Shown here: positions 39,746-49,361 of the stretch, in pieces | How positions within the stretch are numbered: the stretch's first letter is position 1 | Layout of the letters: each line of letters starts with the position of its first letter | Assembly: GCA_963841435.1 (NCBI GenBank) | Contig: CAWJCS010000004.1 | Coordinates: 160,001 to 224,000 of the forward strand | Direction of reading: 5' to 3' | DNA: 64,000 bases | From: an uncultured delta proteobacterium | Lineage (GTDB): Bacteria > Myxococcota_A > Polyangia > Polyangiales > Polyangiaceae | Program-made: the position numbers and the translations under genes | Notes under the pieces: model-generated | The model's database searches: none | What the model was told of the DNA's origin: nothing | The model's input: the letters and a program-made list of their open reading frames with translations, nothing else

Positions 39746-40493
39746 GTGACCCCGAGGAGCACGCCCGGCCTTCGGTCATGGACGCTTTCGGTGTCACTTT
39801 CGAGCGCTTTGCTCGGGTTGGCCCCGCCGGCGCGTGCCTGCGGCGTTTCTGCCAGCGGCGTCGCTTCGTGCAACCTCGCCGAGCACGAAGAGGCGGTTCG
39901 CCCCCGCTGGGCAGTCGGCGCGAGCGGCATCTACACGGACACGTCCCTCAGGTTCCCCGACGGGGTACGCGCCCGGCAGACTCGCTACGCAGCGCTTGCC
40001 GCCCTTGGCACCATGCCGAGCAGGGATGTCGTGTTGCAGGCTGCCGTCGGGGCCACCTTTTCAGGCTCTCTAATGCTTCCCGATGGCGAGCACGAGCTCT
40101 CTCCCGGTCCGATCGCCGCGCTCGGCGCCGACTACCGTGTGTTCGACGATGGGCGTTTCTTCTCAATCGTCTCGGCCACGTTCTCGTTCTCGTCGGCGCG
40201 GAGCCGCTTCGCGAGCGAGCCCTCGGTGAGCTACACGGCGTTCGACCTCCGGCTCGGGGGTACCTTCGGCGTCAACATTGCCGACCGCGTTCGTCCCTAC
40301 GCTCTCGCGCGCGTGTTCGGCGGCCCGGTTCTCTTTCGCTACCTCGGCGAGTCCGTCACCGGAACCGACGCGCATCACTTTCGAAATCGGCGGAGGCGCC
40401 GGCCTGACCCTCACGCGGCGCTTCAGTCTGTTCGCCGAAGGCGTGCCTCTCGGCGAGCGGGCCGTCGTCGTTGGCTTGGGCGCGACACTCTGA
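39746..40493 (+). CDS. Hypothetical secreted beta-barrel-like protein; frameshift near 40381
   Basis: Signal peptide ending ARA-C; amphipathic strands; continues as EIGGGAGLTL...VVGLGATL*. Confidence 0.6.
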
Positions 40494-40509
40494 GCTCGCG
40501 TCGGGCGCG

Positions 40510-40770
40510 TCACGCTTCGTCCGGCTTCAGCGTGCGCACGAAATCGGTGAGCTTCTCGTTGGAGAGCAGGCGCTTGGCAAACTCGGCGAGCAAGCTGCGA
40601 TCCTCGGCGTCTCCGCATTCCCAAGCCGCAATGATCGCGGCAAGCTGCCCCGCCTCCGCCTTGGTCAGATGACTCACGGCGAGGCTCGTGTCACGAATCG
40701 TCACGCCCGACGGCCGGCGGGCGCGCGCGATGGTCGGCTCCTCGTCGTCCTCGTCACGCACCCGTGACAT
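40510..40770 (-). CDS. Small hypothetical protein (86 aa)
   Basis: MSRVRDEDDEEPTIAR...; GC3-rich codons. Confidence 0.5.
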   Translation of the reverse strand: MSRVRDEDDEEPTIARARRPSGVTIRDTSLAVSHLTKAEAGQLAAIIAAWECGDAEDRSLLAEFAKRLLSNEKLTDFVRTLKPDEA

Positions 40771-40984
40771 CTGGACGACGGAGGCGAAAGGCCTGCCCGC
40801 AACCCACCCCCCGAGAGTGTTCGAGTGGTCGATGCACCGGGCGGTCGGGCGACGCAAGAATTGCAATTCGCCAGCGCGCACTTCTGCTCTTCCTGCTGAC
40901 GCCTGAGCAGCGAACGGTGCTCGCCGAGCGGCCTGCCTGCCCGGGTGAAGACCCCCAGCGACGGCGACGATTGACCCGAGGCGT

Positions 40985-43013
40985 TCAGAAGCTGACGGAC
41001 GCGACCGAAGACTTGCCGGGCGACGTGGTCACGTTGAGGGACTTTCTCCCCTTCGACGGGTGGACGAACACGATCGCGTGCGCGCCGGGCGACACGCTGA
41101 CCTCGCGCGGGGTCGATCCGAGCGGCCGCCCGTCGAGCACGACGTTGGACGCGGGGCTCGACGTGATGCTCAGCGTGCCGAGCTCGGTCGCGACGACGGG
41201 CTCGCTCTCGCTCGTGTCTTCGAGGACGACCGCCGCGGCGGCGGCGCGGGCGACCGATGACACAGCGTCGTGTCCAGTCGTCCGTGTCTCGGCAATTTCG
41301 ACGATGACGTCCTTTTCGGCGTTCTGATCGCTGAAAATCGACGGTCTTCTCGAGCAGCAGCGCGCCCCTTCGTGACACGCTGACGCGATAGGTGCCGGTG
41401 GGTTCCACTTCGACACGTGCGGGCAGCTCCTCGACCTCGCGGGTGACCCCTTTCCCGCTGATCTCGACGGTGACCCCCTCGGCGCCGAAGCCGGGGATCA
41501 GCCGGATCGCTCCGGGCACGAGCGGGATAGTTGGCTCGAGAACGAGCAGGCGCCTCGGGTCGAGCTCGATCTCCTGTTCGAACGGAGTGTAGCGGGGGTT
41601 GCCCGAGAGCTGCAGGCGGTGTTTGCCCGGATTGAGCCCCCTGAGCGTCGTCGGTGCCATGCCAATCTCGCGCCCATCGAGGAACACGTGGAAGCCGGGT
41701 GCGGGGGCTCGAACCTCCAAGGCGGCACGGTCGTCGGGGAGGAGCGCGAAGTGGATCGCTTCCTCGGCGCCGCGCCCCACGGTGAGCGACTTGCTCGCGC
41801 TCCTTCGGTAGGCGGGGGCCTCGACGCTCAGCAAGTGAGGGCCGCTCGACACGGTGACGCGGCAGGGCGCCGGCGTGCAGGCCTTCATGCCGTCGACGAA
41901 CACGACGGCTTCGGACACCATGGCATCGAGGGGCCCTGCAGCGGTCACGAGCACGCGTCCCGTCTTCGGAAGAAGCGCCCATGCGGCGAGCCCTGCGGCG
42001 GTGACCATAGCGACGAGGAACGCCAAAACCGCGCGACCGCCACCGCGCGGCGGTCGCTTCACCACCGTCTGGTCGTCGTCAACGGAAATGAACCACGGAG
42101 CGTCGCTCGTGGTCGTGGGCTTCGTCCTCGCTCCGGATAGCGGCCGCGGGAGCTTGCGCGGAGGCGGCACGAGCGACTCGAGAGACGGCGGAAAAAGGCT
42201 GACATTCGGCTTCGACTCGACGAGCGGCGGCGGAAGGTCGGAGAGGCGCGGCCGCCGTTTCACGGCCGGCGGAGCCGCGTCGTCCGATGCGAGCGCGAGC
42301 GCGAGCGTGGCGGGCGTTGTGGTCGGCACCGGATCGGCGAGCAGCGACGACAGCTGGAGCTCGTCCGTCTCGAGCCGCAGAAGACCTCGGGCGGCGGCTA
42401 TCGGGGACTCTAATGTGCCCGGCGCGTGCGCCTCGGCAGTGGCGGGCGCCACGTCACTGTCGGTGAGGGCGGGCGGTTCGTCTTGCACGACGGTCTTCTC
42501 GTCGTTGTCATCGTCATCATCCTCGACGCGGGCCTGGACGATGGTTTTCTCGTCGTCATCGTCGTCGGGCATCGCGGGCGGCGCCGGATCGGTGTCGTGC
42601 TCCGCCCCCCTGAAGGTTGCGGTATCGGGCCCCTCCTCGTCGGACGTTGCGGCGTCGGGCGCCGCCTGGTCGGAGGCTTGGGCGTCAGTCGCCGCCAAGA
42701 GCGCGGCTAAGAGCGGGGTCGATGCGACCTTCGTGATCTCGTCGTAGGCGCCAGCGACCGTGACCGCGTCGTTCGGCGTGTCATCGGGCGCTCCGGGGTC
42801 GGCTGCGTCGGGCGGCTGGTCCGACGGGGGGCCGACGAGCGTCCGCTTCACGTTCACTCGGTCGTCCTCGAGGTACGCTGTCGTCGCGGCAACGCGCGGC
42901 TCCTCTTCCCTGACCGGCGGTCCGAGGCCGACGAACGTCGCGGGCGGTGGCGACGGAGATGGCGTCGGCGCTGCGGAGGCGTCGCTCGGCTCGGGGCCCG
43001 TCTTGTCCTTCAT
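40985..43013 (-). CDS. PEGA-domain membrane protein with acidic/Pro-rich disordered N-terminus; frameshift near 41335
   Basis: Repeated DDDEKT(I/V)VQ motifs, one TM, PEGA repeats (VFVDG..TP..GPH; VFLDG.EIG.AP...PGKH; VVLDGRPLGSTP). Confidence 0.8.
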
Positions 43014-43444
43014 CCCGTTCTCCGCAGTTCCCGTTTTCGCGGCTCGAGCGCCATGGCTCGTCGGCGCCCGGAGAGTAGCCCTCGAAGGCCGCCGTGCACG
43101 CGAATATTCGCCTTCCCCATCCGCCATCCGGCACAAACGCCACAGGGCTTTCCGCCCACGGTTAACTCCGGTTTGGGAAAGGCGAATGATTCTCGCTCTG
43201 GTCAATCGACCGTCGGCGGTGAACGTCAGCGGGTCGAAAGCTCGGCGATGCGCGCCCGCACGATGTCACGAGTCCGCCCGAGGTCGACGAGGCCCGCCTC
43301 GCTCAGGCTCGAAACCGTTCCTTTACGACGCTTGCGACGCTCGTCAACCTCACGGCCGTGCGCGCGCCACCACGTTTCCTCGTTCGAGCCACGCCGAACC
43401 AAACCCCGGACGCCGTAACCTCTTGCGACGCCGGCCGCGACGCC

Positions 43445-43936
43445 CTACATGAGCGTGCCTTCGCCGCGCCGAAGCTTCTGTTTCGGCGTCTCGCGTGCGG
43501 CGCGCGCGGAGTCGTCGGCGGCCGCCTGAGCTCGGGCCCGTTCCCGCTCCGCGAGCATTTCGAGCTCGACGTAGCCTTCGGCGAGGCGCCGCAGCATGAC
43601 AGGGTAATCGGGGGAGCGTTCGGGTGTGCTCGCGAGGACGGCCTCGAGGCGCCGGAGCTCCAGCATGAGAAGCCTGCGCGACGCGTGCTCGATGGGTGTC
43701 GCCTTCGCCCTGTCGGCCGCAAGCGTCGGGTCCGGCTTTGGGATGGGCTTTGCGGCGTGCGGCGCGGGAGGCGTGGTCCGCGAAAGCTGCGCGCGCGCGT
43801 GCGTGGTCCCGTCAACGCAGCCACCCAGCGTGGGTCGCTGATCGTTTCGGCAGCGCCTACCGGTGGGCTCGGCGGCGGCGGTCGATGCGACCAACAGAAA
43901 CGATAGGCCTGCGACGGCGCGTCGATGAAGTGGCAT
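43445..43936 (-). CDS. Secreted helical protein, possibly a truncated TPR-type protein
   Basis: Signal peptide (…STAAA); RRLLMLELRRLEAVLASTPERSPDYPVMLRRLAEGYVELE. Confidence 0.55.
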   Translation of the reverse strand: MPLHRRAVAGLSFLLVASTAAAEPTGRRCRNDQRPTLGGCVDGTTHARAQLSRTTPPAPHAAKPIPKPDPTLAADRAKATPIEHASRRLLMLELRRLEAVLASTPERSPDYPVMLRRLAEGYVELEMLAERERARAQAAADDSARAARETPKQKLRRGEGTLM

Positions 43937-44184
43937 GCAGCGTGAGACACGCGCGTCGAGGCCTCGCTTTGGCAGGCGCAGGTCGGGGGGCGGACCGAGC
44001 CGGTGCAACGCTCGCCATCCGTGGCGTTGCTGCGGGGTTACTGACCTTTCAGCAGGGCCGAAGCTCGGCCGCGTCATTTTTGCACTACCCACGCTGCCGC
44101 TGGGGTGTAGGTAAGTAGGCGATAGGTGATGCCGTCCCTCGGGCACTTCCGAGTCACCGCGGGGAAAGACCCAGACCAACCGTC

Positions 44185-45207
44185 ATGAAGCTCCGCTATC
44201 GAGCCGATCTTCGTTCGCTTGCGTTCGTCGGCATCTACTTTGCTCTTTTCGCCTGGCAGTGGCTTGCCGCCCCGAGCTGGCTCGTCGCTCAGGGGCTGCT
44301 CCTTTCGGCGACGTGCGTGTTCTCGTTTCTCGGCGCCGTCATCACGCACAACTCGATCCACTCGCCCGTGTTCACCTCGCGGACTCGTAACCGCGTGTTC
44401 CAGGTGATCCTCTCGCTCACCTACGGCTCTCCCGTCAGCTCGTACGTGCCTGGCCACAACCTGAGCCACCACAAGCACACACAGACCGAGCGAGACGTGA
44501 TGCGCACCACGAAGGTTCGTTACGAATCGAACCTGCTCAACATGCTCGTGTTCGTGCCTCGCGTCGCGCTTGCCATCGCGAAGAACAACGTCGTTTACAC
44601 CCGGTCGATGCGCGATCACCACCGCGCCTGGTTCAGGCAGTTTCGCATCGAGCAATTCGTCGTCTTCGGGATCACCCTTTTCCTGTTCGTGCTCGACTGG
44701 AGAAGGGCGCTGGTTTACTGGCTAATTCCGCACCTTTATGCGGCGTGGGGCGTCATCGGCATGAACTACCTGCAGCACGATGGCTGCGACGTGACGAGCC
44801 CCTTCAATCACTCGCGCAACTTCGTCGGCAAGGCCATCAATTGGTGGACGTTCAACAACGGCTACCACGGCATGCACCACCTCAATCCCGGCCTCCACTG
44901 GTCGCTACTGCCCGCCGCGCACGCCGCGCGTGTTGCCCCGTTCGTCAACTCGCGCCTCGAAGAGCCCGCCTTCCACCGCTACCTGTTCCGCACGTTCGTA
45001 TGGCCCGGCAGGCGACGGACGTTCGACGGGCGACTCGTCGAGCTACCGCCGCTCACGGGTGACACCAACTGGGTGCCCCGGCCCGAGGAAACACCGGACG
45101 ATCTCGGTGCCGTAACGGTGGAGTACCCGATGAAGATTGCCGTGCCGCCCGGCGAGATGCCGTCCGTCGCTGACACCGGCTCCGACCGGGGCGCAACCGC
45201 CGTCTGA
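44185..45207 (+). CDS. Membrane fatty acid desaturase
   Basis: His boxes HNSIH, HNLSHH and NNGYHGMHH. Confidence 0.92.
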   Translation: MKLRYRADLRSLAFVGIYFALFAWQWLAAPSWLVAQGLLLSATCVFSFLGAVITHNSIHSPVFTSRTRNRVFQVILSLTYGSPVSSYVPGHNLSHHKHTQTERDVMRTTKVRYESNLLNMLVFVPRVALAIAKNNVVYTRSMRDHHRAWFRQFRIEQFVVFGITLFLFVLDWRRALVYWLIPHLYAAWGVIGMNYLQHDGCDVTSPFNHSRNFVGKAINWWTFNNGYHGMHHLNPGLHWSLLPAAHAARVAPFVNSRLEEPAFHRYLFRTFVWPGRRRTFDGRLVELPPLTGDTNWVPRPEETPDDLGAVTVEYPMKIAVPPGEMPSVADTGSDRGATAV

Positions 45208-45457
45208 GCGCCGCACCCGGCGACGCGGCGCGGTGCGCTCGCCGGACGCGCCCTCGGGGCACGGTCCCGGGGCGCGCCGAGCCACCGAGGGCGCCGGGGG
45301 ATGGCGAGCGTGGGGCCGCGCTGCCTTAGCGTCCCGGATGCGATTCTCCGCGCCCTTGCACGGCGAACAGGGAGAATATTCGGCATTAAAAATGCCAGTT
45401 TGCCCGATTCCGGGCAAAAAAGTAGTCAGGGCCGGTACGGCGTGAGAGAGTGGCGGG

Positions 45458-45724
45458 GTGAGCGTCGCAGTCTCGGACGTGAGAAAGCGGCTCGAGGGCA
45501 TCGTGGGGCTGAGCCGCGAGCAGGCCGCTCGCGCCGTCGACGAGGTGCTCGACACGCTCGAGCTCGAGGTGGACGAGTTCATCCAGCTCCGGCACGCGGA
45601 GCTCCGCGCCGAGGGACAGGACAATCCGTCGATCTTCGAGCGCATCGTGAGCGAGCTACACACGCTGCGCTTCAAGGCACCACGCCTCACGGCGCGACAG
45701 ATCCGACGACGCATTTACGGCTGA
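45458..45724 (+). CDS. Small hypothetical protein upstream of glmS
   Basis: 88 aa helical ORF ending LTARQIRRRIYG, 16 bp before glmS; the GAGGAG RBS lies in the gap. Confidence 0.75.
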   Translation: MSVAVSDVRKRLEGIVGLSREQAARAVDEVLDTLELEVDEFIQLRHAELRAEGQDNPSIFERIVSELHTLRFKAPRLTARQIRRRIYG

Positions 45725-45740
45725 ACGAGGAGAGCGACTG

Positions 45741-47570
45741 ATGTGCGGGATCATGGGTTACGTCGGCCGCGACGCGGCTTGGGAAATCGTGATGGGCGGG
45801 CTCCGGCGCCTCGAGTATCGCGGCTACGACTCGACCGGCATCGCGACCGTCTCGAAGAAAAAGCTGCGGCTCGTGCGCTGCGTGGGTCAGCTGAGCGCCC
45901 TCGCCGACGCCAATCCAGAGGGTCTCCCGGGCAGCATCGGCATCGGCCACACGCGCTGGGCGACGCACGGCGGTGTCACGGAGGAGAACGCGCACCCGCA
46001 TCTCGACTCCCGCGGGCGCATCGCGATCGTGCACAACGGCATCATCGACAACGTCGAGGCGCTGCGTGCCGAGCTTTCGGCCGGCGGCGTGCGCTTCCGC
46101 TCCGACACGGACACCGAGGTCCTGGCCGAGCTCATCGGCCGCGGGGTGGAGCAGGGCCAGAGCCTGCACGACGCCGTGGTCGGTGCCATGAAGCGCATCG
46201 AGGGCACCGCGGGCCTCATCGCGCTCGACCAGGCCGATCCGGACCGGCTCGTCGCCGCGCGGCTCGGTAGCCCGGTGGTGGTCGGGCTCGGCGACGGCGC
46301 GACCTGGGTCGCTTCCGACGCCATCGCGCTCCGCCCCTACACCGATCGCATGATCGTGCTCGACGAGGGCGAGGTGGCGGATCTGACGCCAAGCTCGATC
46401 AAGACCGTGGATCTCGAGCAGAACAGCCGCGAAAAGCGCATCGAGAAGATCCTGCACCAGCCCGACGACGCCGACATCGGGTCGTTTCCTCATTTCATGC
46501 TCAAGGAGATCTTCGAGCAGCCCGCGGCGCTCGATCGCTCGATGCGCGGCCGGCTCGATCCCGTGGCGGGGTCTTCGCGCCTGGGAGGCCTGCAGACCCA
46601 CGAGAGCAGACTGTTCGACATCCAGCGCGTCGTTATCTTTGCCTGCGGCACGAGCCTCTACAGTGCGCAGGTGGGCGCCTACCTGATGAGCCGCTACGCC
46701 CGCATGCCGACGACCGCCGAGGACGCGGCGGAGCTCGCGGTGAGAAACCCCATCGTCGATCGGCAGACGCTCTACATCGCCATCTCCCAGAGCGGGGAGA
46801 CGGCCGACACCCTCTCGGCGCTACGCGAAATCCGGCAGAGGGGCGGGCTCCTCGCGGGCATCACCAACGTGGTCGGCAGCTCGCTATCGCGCGAGACCGA
46901 CTTTGGCGTGTACGTGCACGCGGGCCCGGAAATCAGCGTCGCCTCCACGAAGGCGTTCACGGCGCAGGTGCTCGCTACCGAGCTTTTGGCGCTCCGCTTC
47001 GCGCGCATGCGCGATCTGTCGGCGAGCGAGGGTCGAGCGTGGGTGAACGGGCTCGAGCGACTGTCGAGCCAGATGCTCCAGCTGCTCGAGCAGGCGCCCG
47101 TGTGCCAGGAGCTGGCGGCGCGCTTCCACTCCGCTCGTTTCACGATGTTCGTGGGGCGCGGCGCCAACGTCGCCGTGGCGTGCGAGGGGGCGCTCAAGCT
47201 CAAGGAAATCTCGTATCTTCCGGCCGAGGGGCTCTCGGGCGCCGCCATGAAGCACGGCCCGCTCGCGCTCATCGAGCAAGGGAGCCCCGTGTGGGCTCTG
47301 GTGCCACCCGACGAGACACGCGAGCGCATGCTCGGCAATCTGCGTGAGCTCAAAGCGCGTGGCGCGTTCATCATGGCCGTGGCGGCCCACGACGACGAGG
47401 AGACGCGCGCGCTGGTCGACCGCGTCATCCCGCTGCCTGCTCACCACCCCGCGCTCTCGCCCATCCTGAACGCCGTGCCGCTGCAACTTTACGCGTACTA
47501 CGTGGCGCTCGCGAACGGCTACAACATCGACCGCCCCAGAAATCTCGCGAAGTCGTTGACGGTGCTCTAG
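45741..47570 (+). CDS. glmS: Glutamine--fructose-6-phosphate aminotransferase
   Basis: MCGI, LEYRGYDS, GHTRWATHG, SQSGETADT, VASTKAFT, ALKLKEISY, DRPRNLAKS. Confidence 0.97.
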   Translation: MCGIMGYVGRDAAWEIVMGGLRRLEYRGYDSTGIATVSKKKLRLVRCVGQLSALADANPEGLPGSIGIGHTRWATHGGVTEENAHPHLDSRGRIAIVHNGIIDNVEALRAELSAGGVRFRSDTDTEVLAELIGRGVEQGQSLHDAVVGAMKRIEGTAGLIALDQADPDRLVAARLGSPVVVGLGDGATWVASDAIALRPYTDRMIVLDEGEVADLTPSSIKTVDLEQNSREKRIEKILHQPDDADIGSFPHFMLKEIFEQPAALDRSMRGRLDPVAGSSRLGGLQTHESRLFDIQRVVIFACGTSLYSAQVGAYLMSRYARMPTTAEDAAELAVRNPIVDRQTLYIAISQSGETADTLSALREIRQRGGLLAGITNVVGSSLSRETDFGVYVHAGPEISVASTKAFTAQVLATELLALRFARMRDLSASEGRAWVNGLERLSSQMLQLLEQAPVCQELAARFHSARFTMFVGRGANVAVACEGALKLKEISYLPAEGLSGAAMKHGPLALIEQGSPVWALVPPDETRERMLGNLRELKARGAFIMAVAAHDDEETRALVDRVIPLPAHHPALSPILNAVPLQLYAYYVALANGYNIDRPRNLAKSLTVL

Positions 47571-47763
47571 CCCGCTGACTCGGCGAGCACCTTTTTGCGG
47601 GAGGGTTTTTTTGGGGTTGAGGCGACCCTGGTTCGTCGCCGAAATGAGGTCGAGGCGCGCCGTTCCACGGACGGCCCCGGCAACACGCGGCATCAACGGC
47701 CTGCTGAGAGCGCATGCCCTCGCTCGAGTCCGACGCGCGTGTCGCCGCGCGGCTTGGCTCGGC

Positions 47764-48060
47764 ATGGAACTTCGTGCAATCGACGCGGTCAACCGAGGAG
47801 TGCAACGCGTTCTCGTCGGCGTGCTCGCGATGGCGCTTCCAAGCTGCGCGGCGGGGCAGGGAAGGCCCGACGTGCGCGGCGGTGGGAGCGTGGCCGCGGA
47901 CGCGCGCAGCCTGTCCGCAGCTTCGAGCGTCGAGGTGCGCACCGGCGTGTTGGTGCTCGCAGCACAGGCGAGCGCGCGGCGCTCACGACGCGGCCGTCGC
48001 ACCGGCGTTTCCGCCGGGCTCGCGTTCTCCTTCGGTGACCCGCTGCGCGAGCCGGAGTGA
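47764..48060 (+). CDS. Possible small lipoprotein
   Basis: Lipobox-like VLVGVLAMALPSC; weak support otherwise. Confidence 0.35.
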   Translation: MELRAIDAVNRGVQRVLVGVLAMALPSCAAGQGRPDVRGGGSVAADARSLSAASSVEVRTGVLVLAAQASARRSRRGRRTGVSAGLAFSFGDPLREPE

Positions 48061-48144
48061 GGGCTCGTGCACGAGGCGTCGCGGTGGGGACGCCTTCGGT
48101 GGCGTGGCCGGGCGTTCGCGAGCCGTGGGTGATAGGACGTGGGC

Positions 48145-49264
48145 ATGACGCCGGCCGACGAGAGGGAGCGCATCCGCAGGGTGGTGTTGGTGGTGCTCGT
48201 GAGCGCGATCACGGCCCTCTTTCTCTGGATGATCCGCGAGTTCTTGATGGCGCTCCTGCTCGCGGCGATCGTCGCCGGCATTTTGCAGCCCGCCTACCGG
48301 CGCGTGCTCGCCCGTTTGGGTGGTCGGCGCAGCCTCGCGGCGGGTGTCGTCGTCGGGCTCTTGACCCTGCTCGGCATTGCACCGCTCGCGGGGCTCGCCG
48401 TGCTCGCCGGCGTGCAGGCCGCAGCGCTCGTGAAGGCGGCCGATCCCGTCATCCGCGCAAGCCTCGCGGGCGGTTCGCTCGTGCACCGGCTCGTCGAGCA
48501 CTTCCCGCGGCTCTCGATGCTCGAGAAGTACGAAGCGCCGATCACCGAGAAGCTCGGTGAGCTCGGTGCGAGCGTCGGCAAGGTCATCGTCGGAGTGTTC
48601 ACGGCGGCTGCGGGCGAGACGCTTTCCTTCCTCCTGATCGCCTTCGTGCTGCTCTACGCCATCTTCTACTTTCTCGTGGGCGGTCGCGAGGTCCTGAGGA
48701 CGCTGCTCTACTATTCGCCGCTCCCCTCGGCCGACGAGGATCGCCTCGTGGGGCGGTTCCTGTCGGTGACGCGCGCGACGCTCAAGGGAACGCTGGTCGT
48801 CGGGCTCGTGCAGGGAACGCTCGGTGGGCTCGGCCTGTGGGCGGCGGACATCGGCGGCGCCGTTTTCTGGGGGGTCGTCATGACGATCCTTTCCGTCATT
48901 CCGAGTCTCGGGGTCGCCATCGTCTGGGTCCCTGCCGTCGTTTACCTCTACGCGACCGGCCACACGGTGGCCGCCACGCTGCTCCTGGCCTGGTGCACGC
49001 TCGTCGTGTCGACCGTTCGACAACGTCCTCCGCCCGGCGCTCGTCGGCAAGGACACCGAGATGCCCGACCTTCTGATCTTGCTTTCGACGATGGGGGGTA
49101 TCGCGCTTTTCGGGATCATGGGATTCGTCATCGGTCCATTGATTGCGGGCATGTTCGTGACGGCGTGGGAGATCTACGGTGAAGTCTTTCGCGACGTGCT
49201 GCCCGAGGTCCTGCCGCTTTCGGGGCGAGCGGCGGAGGCGCCGAGCACCGACTCGAGCCCCTAG
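48145..49264 (+). CDS. AI-2E family transporter; frameshift near 49016
   Basis: GTLVVGLVQG, SVIPSLGVAIVWVPA; corrected DNVLRPALVGKDTEMPDLLILLSTMGG..FG..GFVIGP. Confidence 0.9.
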
Positions 49265-49361
49265 CCCCGCCCATTCACCGCTCGCGTACTAGTCATTTCG
49301 TGCGGGGTACGCCGTCGCTCTCCCCAGGAGAGCGGTAATTGGGCATGCTACGTTCAGCATC

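Noticed and set aside
45208-45740. glmS ribozyme upstream of glmS
   Set aside because: I could not find the conserved core; a protein-coding ORF lies directly upstream of glmS.
47586-47620. Rho-independent terminator after glmS
   Set aside because: T-runs are present but there is no convincing stem before them.
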